Assembly (NCBI GenBank): GCA_046483495.1
Contig: JAWODC010000074.1
Span: forward strand, 32,001-96,000
From: Desulfobacterales bacterium
GTDB lineage: Bacteria; Desulfobacterota; Desulfobacteria; Desulfobacterales; UBA5616
Length of the DNA: 64,000 nt
Reading direction: 5' to 3'
Position numbers and translations under genes: made by a program. The first letter of the stretch is position 1; each line of letters opens with the position of its first letter. Positions 11,551 through 21,460 of this stretch are shown here, one piece after another. A model generated the notes under the pieces. That model ran no database searches. It had not been told where the DNA came from and saw only the letters and a list, made by a program, of their open reading frames with translations.

Positions 11551-12702
11551 CTAAAACGTCGGTCCCTGCTTTAAGTAATTGAAAGCGGCGGTTCTGTTTT
11601 TCTCCGCGCAGGTCAATTCACCATCCGCGGTTTGGATGCAGGCATCAAAAATGGCATTGCCGACTTCGTCAATGGTTTTTTCTCCATCGATGATTCCGCC
11701 GGCGTTGACATCCATGTCGCCTGCCATTTTCGTGAAGGTTCGGGAGTTGCTCGCCACCTTGACCACGGGTACGGCCGGAAATCCCGCGATCGAACCCCTG
11801 CCTGTAGTAAAAATGATGATCTGGGCGCCGCCTGCGGCCATACCCGCCATGGAGTCGATGTCATAACCCGGGGTGTCCATGATAACCAGACCGGATGCCG
11901 ATGGCCGTTTTGCGTATTCGACAACCTGTGTTATCGGTGTAGTGCCGCCCTTCATGATACACCCGAGTGATTTCTCCGTAATGGAAGAAAGGCCGCCGTC
12001 GATGTTTCCCGGTGAAATCACCATCCCGGCCAATTCGCCCAGGGACCGGCGCACATGCTGCTCATGGTCGTTTACGAGTTTCTCGACCTGCAGCCCGACA
12101 TCAGCCGTGGCACACCGGCGCTTCAGGATATGGGCCGTGCCGATCATTTCCGTGGTTTCCGACAAAATGACCGTGGCCCCTTCGTGAACGAAACGGTCCG
12201 CCGCCACCCCGACCGCCGGATTCGCCGAAATACCCGAAAACGCGTCTGAACCGCCGCACTCCAACCCGATAATCAAATCCCGCACCGGAACCGTCTCACG
12301 CTGTTGCCGTTTCATATCCTTCAAAAATTTCGCGACGGTCTTAACACCCTTTTCCACAACGGCCGCACTGCCGCCGGCTTCCTGGACAACCAGTTTCTCC
12401 AGCGGTTTATGCATGACATTGCCGATCAGAAAGTCCGGGGCAAGCACTTCACACCCGAGTCCGATCACCAGGCCGGCGCCGACATTCGGGTTGTCGAGAA
12501 CACCTGAAAGCGTCGTAATGCTGGTGGTGATATCCTCCGGTCCATACCCGCACCCATAGGGATTGGCAATCACGACCGCTTCCGGCAGGGCTCTTCCAAT
12601 GGCTTCCACCACCCCGTTAACGCATGAAACGGAAGCCATAACCACAACATGGTTTCTGGCGCCGACCCGTCCATCCTCGCGTCTGTAACCGGAAAATTGC
12701 AT
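11551..12702 (-). CDS. UxaA/GarD/SuyB-family dehydratase, large subunit
   Basis: GYRREDGRVGARN, GLGCE, ECGGSD, SETTE, GN..GGLSSITEKSLG, FTTGRG. Confidence 0.9.
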   Translation of the reverse strand: MQFSGYRREDGRVGARNHVVVMASVSCVNGVVEAIGRALPEAVVIANPYGCGYGPEDITTSITTLSGVLDNPNVGAGLVIGLGCEVLAPDFLIGNVMHKPLEKLVVQEAGGSAAVVEKGVKTVAKFLKDMKRQQRETVPVRDLIIGLECGGSDAFSGISANPAVGVAADRFVHEGATVILSETTEMIGTAHILKRRCATADVGLQVEKLVNDHEQHVRRSLGELAGMVISPGNIDGGLSSITEKSLGCIMKGGTTPITQVVEYAKRPSASGLVIMDTPGYDIDSMAGMAAGGAQIIIFTTGRGSIAGFPAVPVVKVASNSRTFTKMAGDMDVNAGGIIDGEKTIDEVGNAIFDACIQTADGELTCAEKNRTAAFNYLKQGPTF

Positions 12703-12720
12703 GATGGTTTTGCTCCTTTC

Positions 12721-12984
12721 TCAGCTAATCGGTCTGGTATTGTGGGTGTGAATCCATTGCCCGGGGTAAATCTTTTCGAGGGCCTTTACGATGGGTTCCC
12801 CATATCGGATCACATGGTCGCCGGCATCGATCTCGATCAATGCGATTTTATGGCCGGCGCCAACCGCCTCCGCCGCATAAAACAACTGCTTTCCCCCTGC
12901 AACCACCAGGTCATTTTTGGCGATGTCCCGGGTTGCGATCACGACATTGTCGCAACCATTGATGTGAAGGGCATTGTTTTTCAT
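12721..12984 (-). CDS. UxaA/SuyA-family SAF-domain small subunit
   Basis: DNVVIA, GHKIAL, VIRYGEPI, GQWIHTHN. Confidence 0.9.
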   Translation of the reverse strand: MKNNALHINGCDNVVIATRDIAKNDLVVAGGKQLFYAAEAVGAGHKIALIEIDAGDHVIRYGEPIVKALEKIYPGQWIHTHNTRPIS

Positions 12985-13047
12985 GGCATATTCTCTCCTT
13001 TTTCATCGGGTTAAACCCGGTCGGCGGAATTTCCCGGCAATTCGGAT

Positions 13048-14367
13048 TCACCGGTTTTTTTCGAGCGAGTCGGCTGTGCGTGTTGCGATGCATCGGGCGC
13101 GCGCCATGACGTCTTCCACATCCAAGGTCATCACCTTTCCACCGGCCATTACCAAACGGCCGTTGATAATGGTGTGGGATACGTCGGTTCCCTTGGCCGC
13201 GTATACCAGATGAGAATAGGGATTGTACATGGGCGTCAGGTGAGGTTTGCGGGTGTCGACGACGATGATATCGGCCTTTTTGCCGATTTCGATCGAGCCG
13301 ATGCAATCGGCCATACCCAAAGCCTCTGCACCCCCGATGGTGGCCGTTTTAAGCACCGTGCGGGCATCCATTACCGTTGGATCGAGTGTCATGACCTTGT
13401 GCAGTTTCGCGGCCGTGTCCATTTCTGAGAACATATCCAGGTTGTTGTTCGACGCGCAGCCGTCCGTGCCCAACCCCACAGAAACACCGGCATCGAGCAG
13501 TTTCGGGATCGGCGCCGTTCCCGCAGCGAGTTTCATATTGCTTTCCGGGCTGTGAATCGTGCTGACGCCGCAATCGGCCATGATGCCGATTTCAAGATCA
13601 TCCACCCATACACAATGATCGGCGATCACGTGCCCGCCTAAAATGCCGAGGGATTTCAGGTAAGCAAAGGGCGATTTGCCGTATTTTTCACGGCAGTTCA
13701 CGATTTCATCCCGGGTTTCGGACATGTGAAGAATCAGGGGGACACCGTGTTTTACCGCCAATTTATTCGTCAGCACCAGCACATCCGGGCTGCAGGTATA
13801 AATCGAGTGGGGTTCGACGGCTGCGGAAATCAGGGGGTGGCCCGCCCATTTTTCAATCATCCTTTCGGCATACGCCAATCCGTTTTCGATGGAGCCGTAA
13901 TTGGGTGAAGAAAAATCGTACAGCACCTCACCGGCCAAACAGCGCATCCCCGCCTTTTCCGCAGCACGGGCGGTTTCCTCCTCGAAGAGGTACATGTCGC
14001 AAAAGGTGGTGGTGCCGGAAAGCACCATTTCCGCACAGGCAAGCAGGGTGCCGGTATATACGAACCCGCTGTCGATCCGTTTTTCCGCCGGAAATATGTA
14101 GCGGTTCAGCCAATCCATCAAGGGAAGGTCGTCTGCAAGACCCCTGAACAGGCTCATGGCCGCATGGGTGTGCCCATTGATCAAACCGGGCAGAATGATG
14201 CCTCCTGAAGCATTGATGACCGTTTTTGCCTCGAACCCGGCAACGTCCTTTTCGACGGCGGCGATTCGGTCTCCCGTAATTCCAACCAAACCCTTATCGA
14301 CAATCGTATCCTGCTTGTCCATCGTCAGGACTATGCCGTTTCGAATCACCATATCCCATTTTTGCAT
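13048..14367 (-). CDS. Amidohydrolase, MTA/SAH deaminase (MtaD/TRZ-ATZ) family
   Basis: PGLINGHTH, RGLADD, HMSET, SNMKLA, GTDGCASNN. Confidence 0.9.
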   Translation of the reverse strand: MQKWDMVIRNGIVLTMDKQDTIVDKGLVGITGDRIAAVEKDVAGFEAKTVINASGGIILPGLINGHTHAAMSLFRGLADDLPLMDWLNRYIFPAEKRIDSGFVYTGTLLACAEMVLSGTTTFCDMYLFEEETARAAEKAGMRCLAGEVLYDFSSPNYGSIENGLAYAERMIEKWAGHPLISAAVEPHSIYTCSPDVLVLTNKLAVKHGVPLILHMSETRDEIVNCREKYGKSPFAYLKSLGILGGHVIADHCVWVDDLEIGIMADCGVSTIHSPESNMKLAAGTAPIPKLLDAGVSVGLGTDGCASNNNLDMFSEMDTAAKLHKVMTLDPTVMDARTVLKTATIGGAEALGMADCIGSIEIGKKADIIVVDTRKPHLTPMYNPYSHLVYAAKGTDVSHTIINGRLVMAGGKVMTLDVEDVMARARCIATRTADSLEKNR

Positions 14368-14560
14368 GCATCACCCCTTACACCATTTTCCGACCCTTAC
14401 GGTAGATGTTCATTCTTCGAAATCCTCCCGACCTCCCGCCTTCCCGATATGCCATATCCTGTTGATCAAAACATTTCAAGCCGTAAAAACAAGGCCTTGA
14501 CAACGACCGCTCCTTGGTTCAGAAATGAAGCTTTCGGCAATCCAGGCGCGTGAGGATCGA

Positions 14561-15874
14561 ATGACATATGACATGGTGATTCATAACGGCGTCATCGTTA
14601 CCGTAAACAAGCACTTCGACATCATTGAAAACGGGTTCATCGCCATTTCCGGCGACAGGATCGCCGCGGTCGGAACAAGAACAAAAAAGCCGCCTCCGTC
14701 GGGCGGCCGAATGGTTGATGCGTGCGGCGGCATTATGATGCCCGGCTTGATCAACACCCACAACCACCTTCCCATGACGCTTTTTCGCGGCCTGGCCGAT
14801 GATATTCCGCTGATGACATGGCTAAACGACTATATCTTTCCAGTGGAGGCCCGGGTCATCACCCCGGAATCATCCCGGCTCGGGGCCCTGCTCGGCTGTG
14901 CCGAAATGCTGCTGTCCGGCACCACAACATGCTGCGACGCGTATTTCTATGAAGATGCCGTGGCCGAGGCATTCCTCGAGTCCGGCATGAGGGGCGTTGT
15001 AGGCCAGGGGGTGATCGACTACCCCGCTCCGGGGGTGGCCGACCCCTTGGAAAATGTCGAAACCGCACGGCGGTTCGTCGAAAAATGGGCGGACATTTCC
15101 CCGATGCTGACGCCTTCCATCTGTTGCCATTCGGTATATGCCTGCTCGAGAAAAACCCTGATCGATGCAAAAAACTCGGCCCGGCATTACCGTGTGCCGT
15201 TTCAAATCCACCTGGCCGAAACCCGAGCCGAAGTGCTTCAGTTCACATCGGAACACGGCGTTTCACCCGCCGTTTATTTGCGTGACCTGAACATTCTGGA
15301 CCCCGACACCCTGCTGGCCCATTGTGTCTGGGTGGATCAAAAGGACATTGCCGCAATAAAAGAATCCGGAGCAGCCGTTTCCGTCAACACGGAAAGCAAT
15401 ATGAAACTGGCCTCGGGAATCGCACCCCTTTCGAAGCTCATCAGCGCGAACATTCCGGTAGGATTGGGGACGGATGGATGCGCATCCAACAACGACCTCG
15501 ACCTGTTCAGGGAAATGGATGTGACGGCCAAGCTTCACAAGGTCACCGCGTTCGATCCCACATTCCCGGACGCAAAAACGGTGCTCCGGCTGGCGACTAT
15601 GGGAGGAGCCCGTGCCCTGGGTCTTGGGGATTGCATCGGGTCCATTGAAATCGGCAAGCAAGCGGATATCGTTATCCTGGATACCCGAAAACCTCATCTC
15701 ACGCCTATGTACAACCCGGTGTCCCATATCGTGTATGCCGCCGCCGGATCCGATGTAAAGGACGTGATTGTCGCCGGCAAACAGGTGGTGAAGGATTATC
15801 GGTTAAAAACGATCCAGGTGGATCCGTTATTAAATGAGGTCAATGAACTCATTCGGTCCATCGATCGGCCATAA
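14561..15874 (+). CDS. Amidohydrolase, MTA/SAH deaminase family (divergent paralog)
   Basis: PGLINTHNH, RGLADD, HLAET, SNMKLA, GTDGCASNN; start MTYDM after GAGG (14525 also possible). Confidence 0.9.
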   Translation: MTYDMVIHNGVIVTVNKHFDIIENGFIAISGDRIAAVGTRTKKPPPSGGRMVDACGGIMMPGLINTHNHLPMTLFRGLADDIPLMTWLNDYIFPVEARVITPESSRLGALLGCAEMLLSGTTTCCDAYFYEDAVAEAFLESGMRGVVGQGVIDYPAPGVADPLENVETARRFVEKWADISPMLTPSICCHSVYACSRKTLIDAKNSARHYRVPFQIHLAETRAEVLQFTSEHGVSPAVYLRDLNILDPDTLLAHCVWVDQKDIAAIKESGAAVSVNTESNMKLASGIAPLSKLISANIPVGLGTDGCASNNDLDLFREMDVTAKLHKVTAFDPTFPDAKTVLRLATMGGARALGLGDCIGSIEIGKQADIVILDTRKPHLTPMYNPVSHIVYAAAGSDVKDVIVAGKQVVKDYRLKTIQVDPLLNEVNELIRSIDRP

Positions 15875-15897
15875 AAAGCAGGCCATGCATTCATTAA

Positions 15898-15945
15898 GGC
15901 GCGGCTCCCATCGGCTCGCGATACGCTGATCCGCGCCCCTTTTTT
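15898..15945 (+). terminator. Possible intrinsic terminator between convergent genes
   Basis: GGCGCGG/CCGCGCC stem with a T-run 2 nt downstream; loop is long (26 nt). Confidence 0.35.
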
Positions 15946-15998
15946 GAATGTGGGTGCCGCATGAGAAGGCGGGGCAATACCACTGCCGGGGCGAATGT

Positions 15999-16793
15999 TC
16001 ATCCGATTCGCGCGGATTGCCCGCCGTCCACCGGCAGCTGCACCCCGGTGATGAAGCCGGCCTCATCCGAAGCCAGGAAAAGTGAAGCATATGCCACATC
16101 CCACGCCGTTCCCATTTTCCCTTTCAGCGGCACCATGGCATCCCGGGCCTCCCGCAGTGCGGTCTTGCTGATGCCCCGCGCCTTTGAAATCGATTCGATG
16201 GCCATGGGTGTATCCATCAGTCCGGGCATGATGACGTTGACGCGAATGCCGTAGCGGGCATTGCTCACGGCAAGCGAATGGCTGTAGGCGTTGAGGGCGG
16301 CCTTCGAGGTTTTGTAGGCGACGATTCCCACGGAGCAGACCGCCGCCACGGATGAAATGTTCGTGATACAGCCGGACTGCTGTTTCCGCATCACCGGCAC
16401 CGCGTGCTTGCATGTGAAAAAAGAGCCTTTGAAGTTCACGGCCATGATGCGGTCGAGGGCGTCTTCGGTAAGGGAGATCGGGCCGGCATCGTTGTCGCCG
16501 ATGCCGACATTGTTCTGAAGCACGTCGATCCGGCCGTAGCGGTCCAGGCAGACATTCACCATCTTTTCAGCGTCGGCTTCGCGGGAGACGTCAACCTGAA
16601 TCGAAACGGCCTCGCCGCCCTCCGCTTCTATCATTGCCCGGGTTTCTTCGGCGGAATCGAAATGTTTGTCGGCCAGCACCACTTTCGCACCTTCCCGGGC
16701 GAACAGAACAGCCGTGGCCCGGCCATTGCCGATGGTGTCCCCGGGCGTCTGACCGGCACCCGTCACGATGGCGATTTTGCCCGCGAGTCTCAT
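15999..16793 (-). CDS. SDR-family oxidoreductase
   Basis: TGAG-(insert)-GNGRA, NNVG, ISS, YKTSK, IRVNVIMPG, PVDGG. Confidence 0.93.
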   Translation of the reverse strand: MRLAGKIAIVTGAGQTPGDTIGNGRATAVLFAREGAKVVLADKHFDSAEETRAMIEAEGGEAVSIQVDVSREADAEKMVNVCLDRYGRIDVLQNNVGIGDNDAGPISLTEDALDRIMAVNFKGSFFTCKHAVPVMRKQQSGCITNISSVAAVCSVGIVAYKTSKAALNAYSHSLAVSNARYGIRVNVIMPGLMDTPMAIESISKARGISKTALREARDAMVPLKGKMGTAWDVAYASLFLASDEAGFITGVQLPVDGGQSARIG

Positions 16794-16794
16794 G

Positions 16795-17340
16795 TCAAAA
16801 CCCTTTCAGGCCCGGATCGATTTGCACCCCCAGGCTGTTGAGCGCCATGGACACGATGTGATAGTTGCCCACCGCGAAAATAAGATCCATTATTTGATTG
16901 TCATCGTAGGTTTTCTTCAGTTCGTTCCATGTCTCGTCGGTAATGAACGCATCATCGTGCAGTTCATCCGTGGCGCGGAGCAGCGTCTGATCCAGTCTGC
17001 TCCAACCGGGTGCATCGGGCCCCTCCTTGATGCGCTCGATTTCCTCGTCTGTAAGACCGGCGGCCCTGCCGATGACCACATGCTGAGCCCACTCGTATTC
17101 CGCCCGGCAAAGCCAGCCCACACGTAAAATCACGAGTTCCCGCTCACGGGCGGGAAGGGTGGATTTGTTCAAGACGTGGGCGGCGAATACGAGCCATCGC
17201 TTGAGCAGTTTCTTGTGGCGCACCAGTGTCTTGTTGATATTGATGGGATCGTCAAAAGAGGCGCGGTCCAGAAGATAGCGCTGCTCCTCATCCATTTCGG
17301 CAATATCCAGGGGAGATACTCGGGGTTCTGTTAATCGCAT
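16795..17340 (-). CDS. Carboxymuconolactone decarboxylase/AhpD-like protein
   Basis: LPARERELVILRV...AEYEWAQH motif; start MRLTEPR after GAGG. Confidence 0.85.
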   Translation of the reverse strand: MRLTEPRVSPLDIAEMDEEQRYLLDRASFDDPININKTLVRHKKLLKRWLVFAAHVLNKSTLPARERELVILRVGWLCRAEYEWAQHVVIGRAAGLTDEEIERIKEGPDAPGWSRLDQTLLRATDELHDDAFITDETWNELKKTYDDNQIMDLIFAVGNYHIVSMALNSLGVQIDPGLKGF

Positions 17341-17433
17341 AACACTTTCCTCATTTTTTCGTTTGGAATGAATGGTTGAAGACGCCGGCCGGGTCTTTGT
17401 GCGAGCCGCAAGCGGAACGGGATACCGAACGAA

Positions 17434-17514
17434 CATATAGTTGAAAACAGCTCTGATGTCAATTTATAGAAAACGGCCTTCATGCTTTACAAACGGCAAA
17501 AATTTTCATATGGT
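17434..17514. promoter_or_regulatory. Putative divergent sigma70 promoter pair
   Basis: Minus: TTGACA(17462-17457)-N17-TATATG; plus: TTTACA(17486)-N17-TATGGT(17509). Confidence 0.45.
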
Positions 17515-17592
17515 CGACATCTGCACACCGTTTATCCCTCGACAAGCCTTTCGGCACTCCCGTATACGGAAAAACCGTAAAGGAGAACAGGA

Positions 17593-18999
17593 ATGGAATC
17601 GATTTTTTATACGTCCGCTTCCAAGCTGCTGAATCTCATGAACTACGGAGAGCTGTCCCCCTTGGAAGTGATGAAGTCCACCTTGAGTCGGATCGAGGAT
17701 CTCGACAAAAAAGTTAATGCGTTTACCAATCTCTACCCGGAACAGGCCCTTGAATGCGCTGCCGCCGCTACTGAGGCAGCAGCTTCAAAAAAGCCATCAG
17801 GTCCTCTGGCCGGATTGCCCATCGGGGTGAAAGACCTCGAAGATTCAGCCGGAATGGTGACCAGCTTCGGATCCGTACCGTTTCAAAACAACGTCGCCCG
17901 TCACGACTCCACCCAGGTCAGCCGGCTGAAAGCCGCCGGAGCCATTGTCATCGGAAAGACCAACACACCGGAATTCGGATTTACCGGGTTCACCAAAAAC
18001 CGGCTTTTCGGCACCACCCGGAATCCCTGGAACCCGGACCGCACCCCGGGCGGGTCCAGCGGCGGGTCCGCCGCGGCCGTCGCCGGAGGTATGGTCTGGA
18101 TGGCCACCGGATCGGACGGCGGCGGTTCCGTAAGAATCCCGGCGTCGTATACCGGATGCTTCGGGCTTAAAACATCAGCGGGAAGAATTCCCTGGGGCCC
18201 GGTGCCCCTGCTTTACATGGACAATGTCTCGGTCATGGGACCGCTGACACGGACCGTTGAAGATGCAGCCCTTTATCTGGATTGCGTCTGCGGATATCAC
18301 CCGTCCGACCCCCGGTCCCTGCCTGCTCCGAACCTGTCCTATCGCGAATGCCTCAAGCAGCCGCTGAAAAAGCTGAACATCGCCTTCAGCCCAACATTGG
18401 GGTATGCCGCGGTGCAGACGGATGTTGCGGACCAGGTGGCCGAAGCGGTGAAATGCTTCACCGAAATGGGGCATTCGGTGGATCTCCTGGATAATGACTT
18501 CTTCGATCCATCAGACGGATGGTCCGTATTCATGAATATGGATATCTATGCCCAGATCCGCGATGCATTGGCATCCCAAAGAGACAAACTGGGCCGATCC
18601 CTGGTCGGCAGCATCGAAACACTGGGTGCGCTGACCATGGATGACCTCATTCAGGCAAACGTCGTCCGAACCGAATTCAACCGGGTGATGTGGAAGCTCT
18701 TCGACCGATACGATTTACTGCTCACCCCGACGATGCCGACGGAAGCTTATGCGGCCGAGGGCCCGCCCCCCATGGAAATCGAGGGAAAACCCACCGACAT
18801 ATTAGGTGCTGTCGCCTTCACTTACCCGTTTAATCTTTCCGGTCATCCCGCGGCCTCCGTTCCTGCGGGGTTGTCGGACAGCAAAATGCCCGTTGGCTTG
18901 CAGATCGTTGGACCGCGCCACCGGGACGACCTGGTTTTACGAGCGGCGGCTGCATTTGAAAACGTGCGGCCCTGGAACAGCACATGGCCCCGCCTGTAG
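17593..18999 (+). CDS. Amidase (amidase-signature family)
   Basis: GVKD, GKTNTPEFG, TPGGSSGGS, GSDGGGSVRIPA (Ser-cisSer-Lys triad). Confidence 0.93.
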   Translation: MESIFYTSASKLLNLMNYGELSPLEVMKSTLSRIEDLDKKVNAFTNLYPEQALECAAAATEAAASKKPSGPLAGLPIGVKDLEDSAGMVTSFGSVPFQNNVARHDSTQVSRLKAAGAIVIGKTNTPEFGFTGFTKNRLFGTTRNPWNPDRTPGGSSGGSAAAVAGGMVWMATGSDGGGSVRIPASYTGCFGLKTSAGRIPWGPVPLLYMDNVSVMGPLTRTVEDAALYLDCVCGYHPSDPRSLPAPNLSYRECLKQPLKKLNIAFSPTLGYAAVQTDVADQVAEAVKCFTEMGHSVDLLDNDFFDPSDGWSVFMNMDIYAQIRDALASQRDKLGRSLVGSIETLGALTMDDLIQANVVRTEFNRVMWKLFDRYDLLLTPTMPTEAYAAEGPPPMEIEGKPTDILGAVAFTYPFNLSGHPAASVPAGLSDSKMPVGLQIVGPRHRDDLVLRAAAAFENVRPWNSTWPRL

Positions 19000-19069
19000 G
19001 TGGTGATACCCCGGAGCCCGGAGCACTGTCGCTTCACACTTAAACATCCAAACAGACAGCGTAATTTTA

Positions 19070-20233
19070 ATGGACTTCAATTTCTCACAGCAGGAAATGC
19101 TGGTTAAAAATTCGGTAAGAGAATACATACGTGACAAGATCGCCCCCCTTGCCGACGATGCAGACCGGCGAGGCCCTTTATCCGGAAAAGCCGCCCGGGA
19201 CCACTTAAACAGGCTTGCTCCGTTCGGCTATGTCGGCCCGCTCGTTCCGGCCGAAGACGGGGGTCCCGGACTCAGCCATGTAGAGGCGGGCATTATTTAT
19301 CAGGAGCTCGCCGGGGTCTGGCCCGCCCTCGGGCTTTTGGCGCTATGCACCTCCCATGCCGGTTCCTTGTTGCTGCGGTCGGACAATGCACCGCTTCGCC
19401 GGCGATTTCTGCCCGGCCTTCTTTGCGGCGACATCATCGGAGCCGTAGCCGTCACGGAGCCCGGTGCCGGAATCGACACCACGGCAATTTCCACCTCAGC
19501 CGAACCATCCGGAGATTACTACATAATCAGCGGTGAAAAAAGCTGGGTATCGAACGGCGGCATCGCCGACATTCTGATCGTGGCGGTAAATGTCGGCAAA
19601 AATAGTGAGGATGTATCACCCCGGCAATTCATTCTGGTTGAAAAAGAGGCATCCATGGTGGTGATCGAAGAAATTCCCAAAATGGGTCTAAAGGGGATTT
19701 CCACCTCCCGGCTCGTATTTGATCGATGCAAAGTGCCGAAACAAAATGTGCTTGGACCGATCTTCCCGGCCTCCCGGCCCACACCGGATTTCGAAGACGC
19801 CCACTGCTGCCTTTCGGCGGCATTGGCCGTGGGCATTGCGGCAACCTCATTTGAATTATCCGTTTCATACGCCCGACAGCGGGTCCAGTTCGGCAAAGTT
19901 TTGGGGCAATTTCAAATGATTCAGCGCATGATCGCCCAAATGGCCACCGGGGTGGATGCGGCCTTTCTGCTCTGCTTCCGCGCGTTGAAGCGCCTGGATG
20001 AAGGGGCTTCTGCAACAAAGGAGACCGCCATGGCAAAAACATTCGCCGCCCGGACGGCCGTGGAGGCCGCCTCAACAGCCATACAGATTCACGGGGCATA
20101 CGGCTATTCGGATGAATTCCCCATGGAACGATGTTACAGGGATGCCTGCTGCTTGAACTTGGTCGGGGGCCATGCCGATATGCAGGACCTGCGAATCGCC
20201 GAAGCCGTTACGGGTTTTGCCGCCCTCACCTAA
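19070..20233 (+). CDS. Acyl-CoA dehydrogenase family protein (catalytic acid apparently absent)
   Basis: VTEPGAG, GEKSWVSNG, RVQFGK, QIHGAYG; VGGH instead of YEGT. Confidence 0.88.
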   Translation: MDFNFSQQEMLVKNSVREYIRDKIAPLADDADRRGPLSGKAARDHLNRLAPFGYVGPLVPAEDGGPGLSHVEAGIIYQELAGVWPALGLLALCTSHAGSLLLRSDNAPLRRRFLPGLLCGDIIGAVAVTEPGAGIDTTAISTSAEPSGDYYIISGEKSWVSNGGIADILIVAVNVGKNSEDVSPRQFILVEKEASMVVIEEIPKMGLKGISTSRLVFDRCKVPKQNVLGPIFPASRPTPDFEDAHCCLSAALAVGIAATSFELSVSYARQRVQFGKVLGQFQMIQRMIAQMATGVDAAFLLCFRALKRLDEGASATKETAMAKTFAARTAVEAASTAIQIHGAYGYSDEFPMERCYRDACCLNLVGGHADMQDLRIAEAVTGFAALT

Positions 20234-20244
20234 GGAGCCGGATT

Positions 20245-21426
20245 ATGGATTTCGAACTCACCGATAAACAGAAGCAATTGAGACAGACGGTGCGCGAATT
20301 TTTAGAGTCCGAGATCGCACCCATTGCCAATGGAAGAGATTTGCAGGGGGCGCTGACAAAGGCGGAACTGAAGGCCTTTATCAAAAAACTTATGCCCTTT
20401 GGGTATTACAACGGCATGCTGCCTGAAACCCTTGGCGGCAAAGGGCTCGATGCAACAACCATGGCACTTCTCCTCGAAGAGCTCTCCCGGGTTTGGTCCG
20501 GGCTCGCAGCAAGCGTATGGATCGCATCTTCGGTAAATGCCTTTGCCCTGGCATCCCCGCAATTCATGGAGCGTTTTCTGCCGCGAATACTGGAAGGCGA
20601 ACTCATCGGCTGCGCGGCCATCACGGAACCCGACGCCGGCTCCAATGCCGCGGCCCTTAAAACGACAGCGGTCAAGGATAGAGACGAATGGGTGCTCAAT
20701 GGGAGCAAAACATGGATTTCAAACGGCGGCGTCGCCGACGTGGTGAACGTACTCGCCATCACCGACAGCGGAAAGGGGCCTCTCGGGATCTCCATGGTGC
20801 TGGTGGAGCGGGACGTATCCCCATTCGAACACCGGGAGCTGCATAAAATCGGCTGGCGTGCATTTCCCACCGCCGAGCTGTTCTTCAAGGACTGCCGGGT
20901 TCCCGCCGAAAACGTAGTCAGCTCGATGGGGTCCGATCCTGATCCGGGGGCGCCGCGCTCCGGTTACCAGAATATGATGGCGGCCTTTGAATCCGCCCGG
21001 TCCACCATGTCCGTACTGGCCGTGGGGATCTGTCAGGCAGCCGTGGATGCCACACTGGCCTATGTTAAAAACAGGCACCAGTACAATAAGCCGATCGGTG
21101 CTTTTCAGATGGTCCAGGAGATGGTCGCCGATATGATTACGGAAACCGATGCCGCCCGTTTTCTCACGTACCGCGCCTGGCAGCGCATCGACCAGGGGAA
21201 AAGAGCCCGTATGGAATCTTCCATTGCAAAAGGATACGCCTGCGAAGCGGCTGTCCGCGTAGCCTTGAATGCCGTAAACATTCACGGCGGTATCGGCATC
21301 GATGAGCGCCATCCCGTCGAACGCTACCTGCGGGACGCCCGGGCCCTCACCATCCCCGACGGGACCACCCAAATCCAGAAATTGGTCATCGGCAGGGAGG
21401 CAATCGGCATTCGGGCATTTGAATAA
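20245..21426 (+). CDS. Acyl-CoA dehydrogenase
   Basis: ITEPDAGSN, GSKTWISNG, IHGGIG, RDARALTIPDGTTQIQ; start MDFEL after AGGAG. Confidence 0.93.
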   Translation: MDFELTDKQKQLRQTVREFLESEIAPIANGRDLQGALTKAELKAFIKKLMPFGYYNGMLPETLGGKGLDATTMALLLEELSRVWSGLAASVWIASSVNAFALASPQFMERFLPRILEGELIGCAAITEPDAGSNAAALKTTAVKDRDEWVLNGSKTWISNGGVADVVNVLAITDSGKGPLGISMVLVERDVSPFEHRELHKIGWRAFPTAELFFKDCRVPAENVVSSMGSDPDPGAPRSGYQNMMAAFESARSTMSVLAVGICQAAVDATLAYVKNRHQYNKPIGAFQMVQEMVADMITETDAARFLTYRAWQRIDQGKRARMESSIAKGYACEAAVRVALNAVNIHGGIGIDERHPVERYLRDARALTIPDGTTQIQKLVIGREAIGIRAFE

Positions 21427-21460
21427 ACTGGAATGCCCGGCAATAAATAGCACCCTTCTT

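Noticed and set aside
17593..18999. Calling the amidase gatA
   Set aside because: No gatB/gatC adjacent and it has GSDGGGS rather than GSDTGGS; catabolic context
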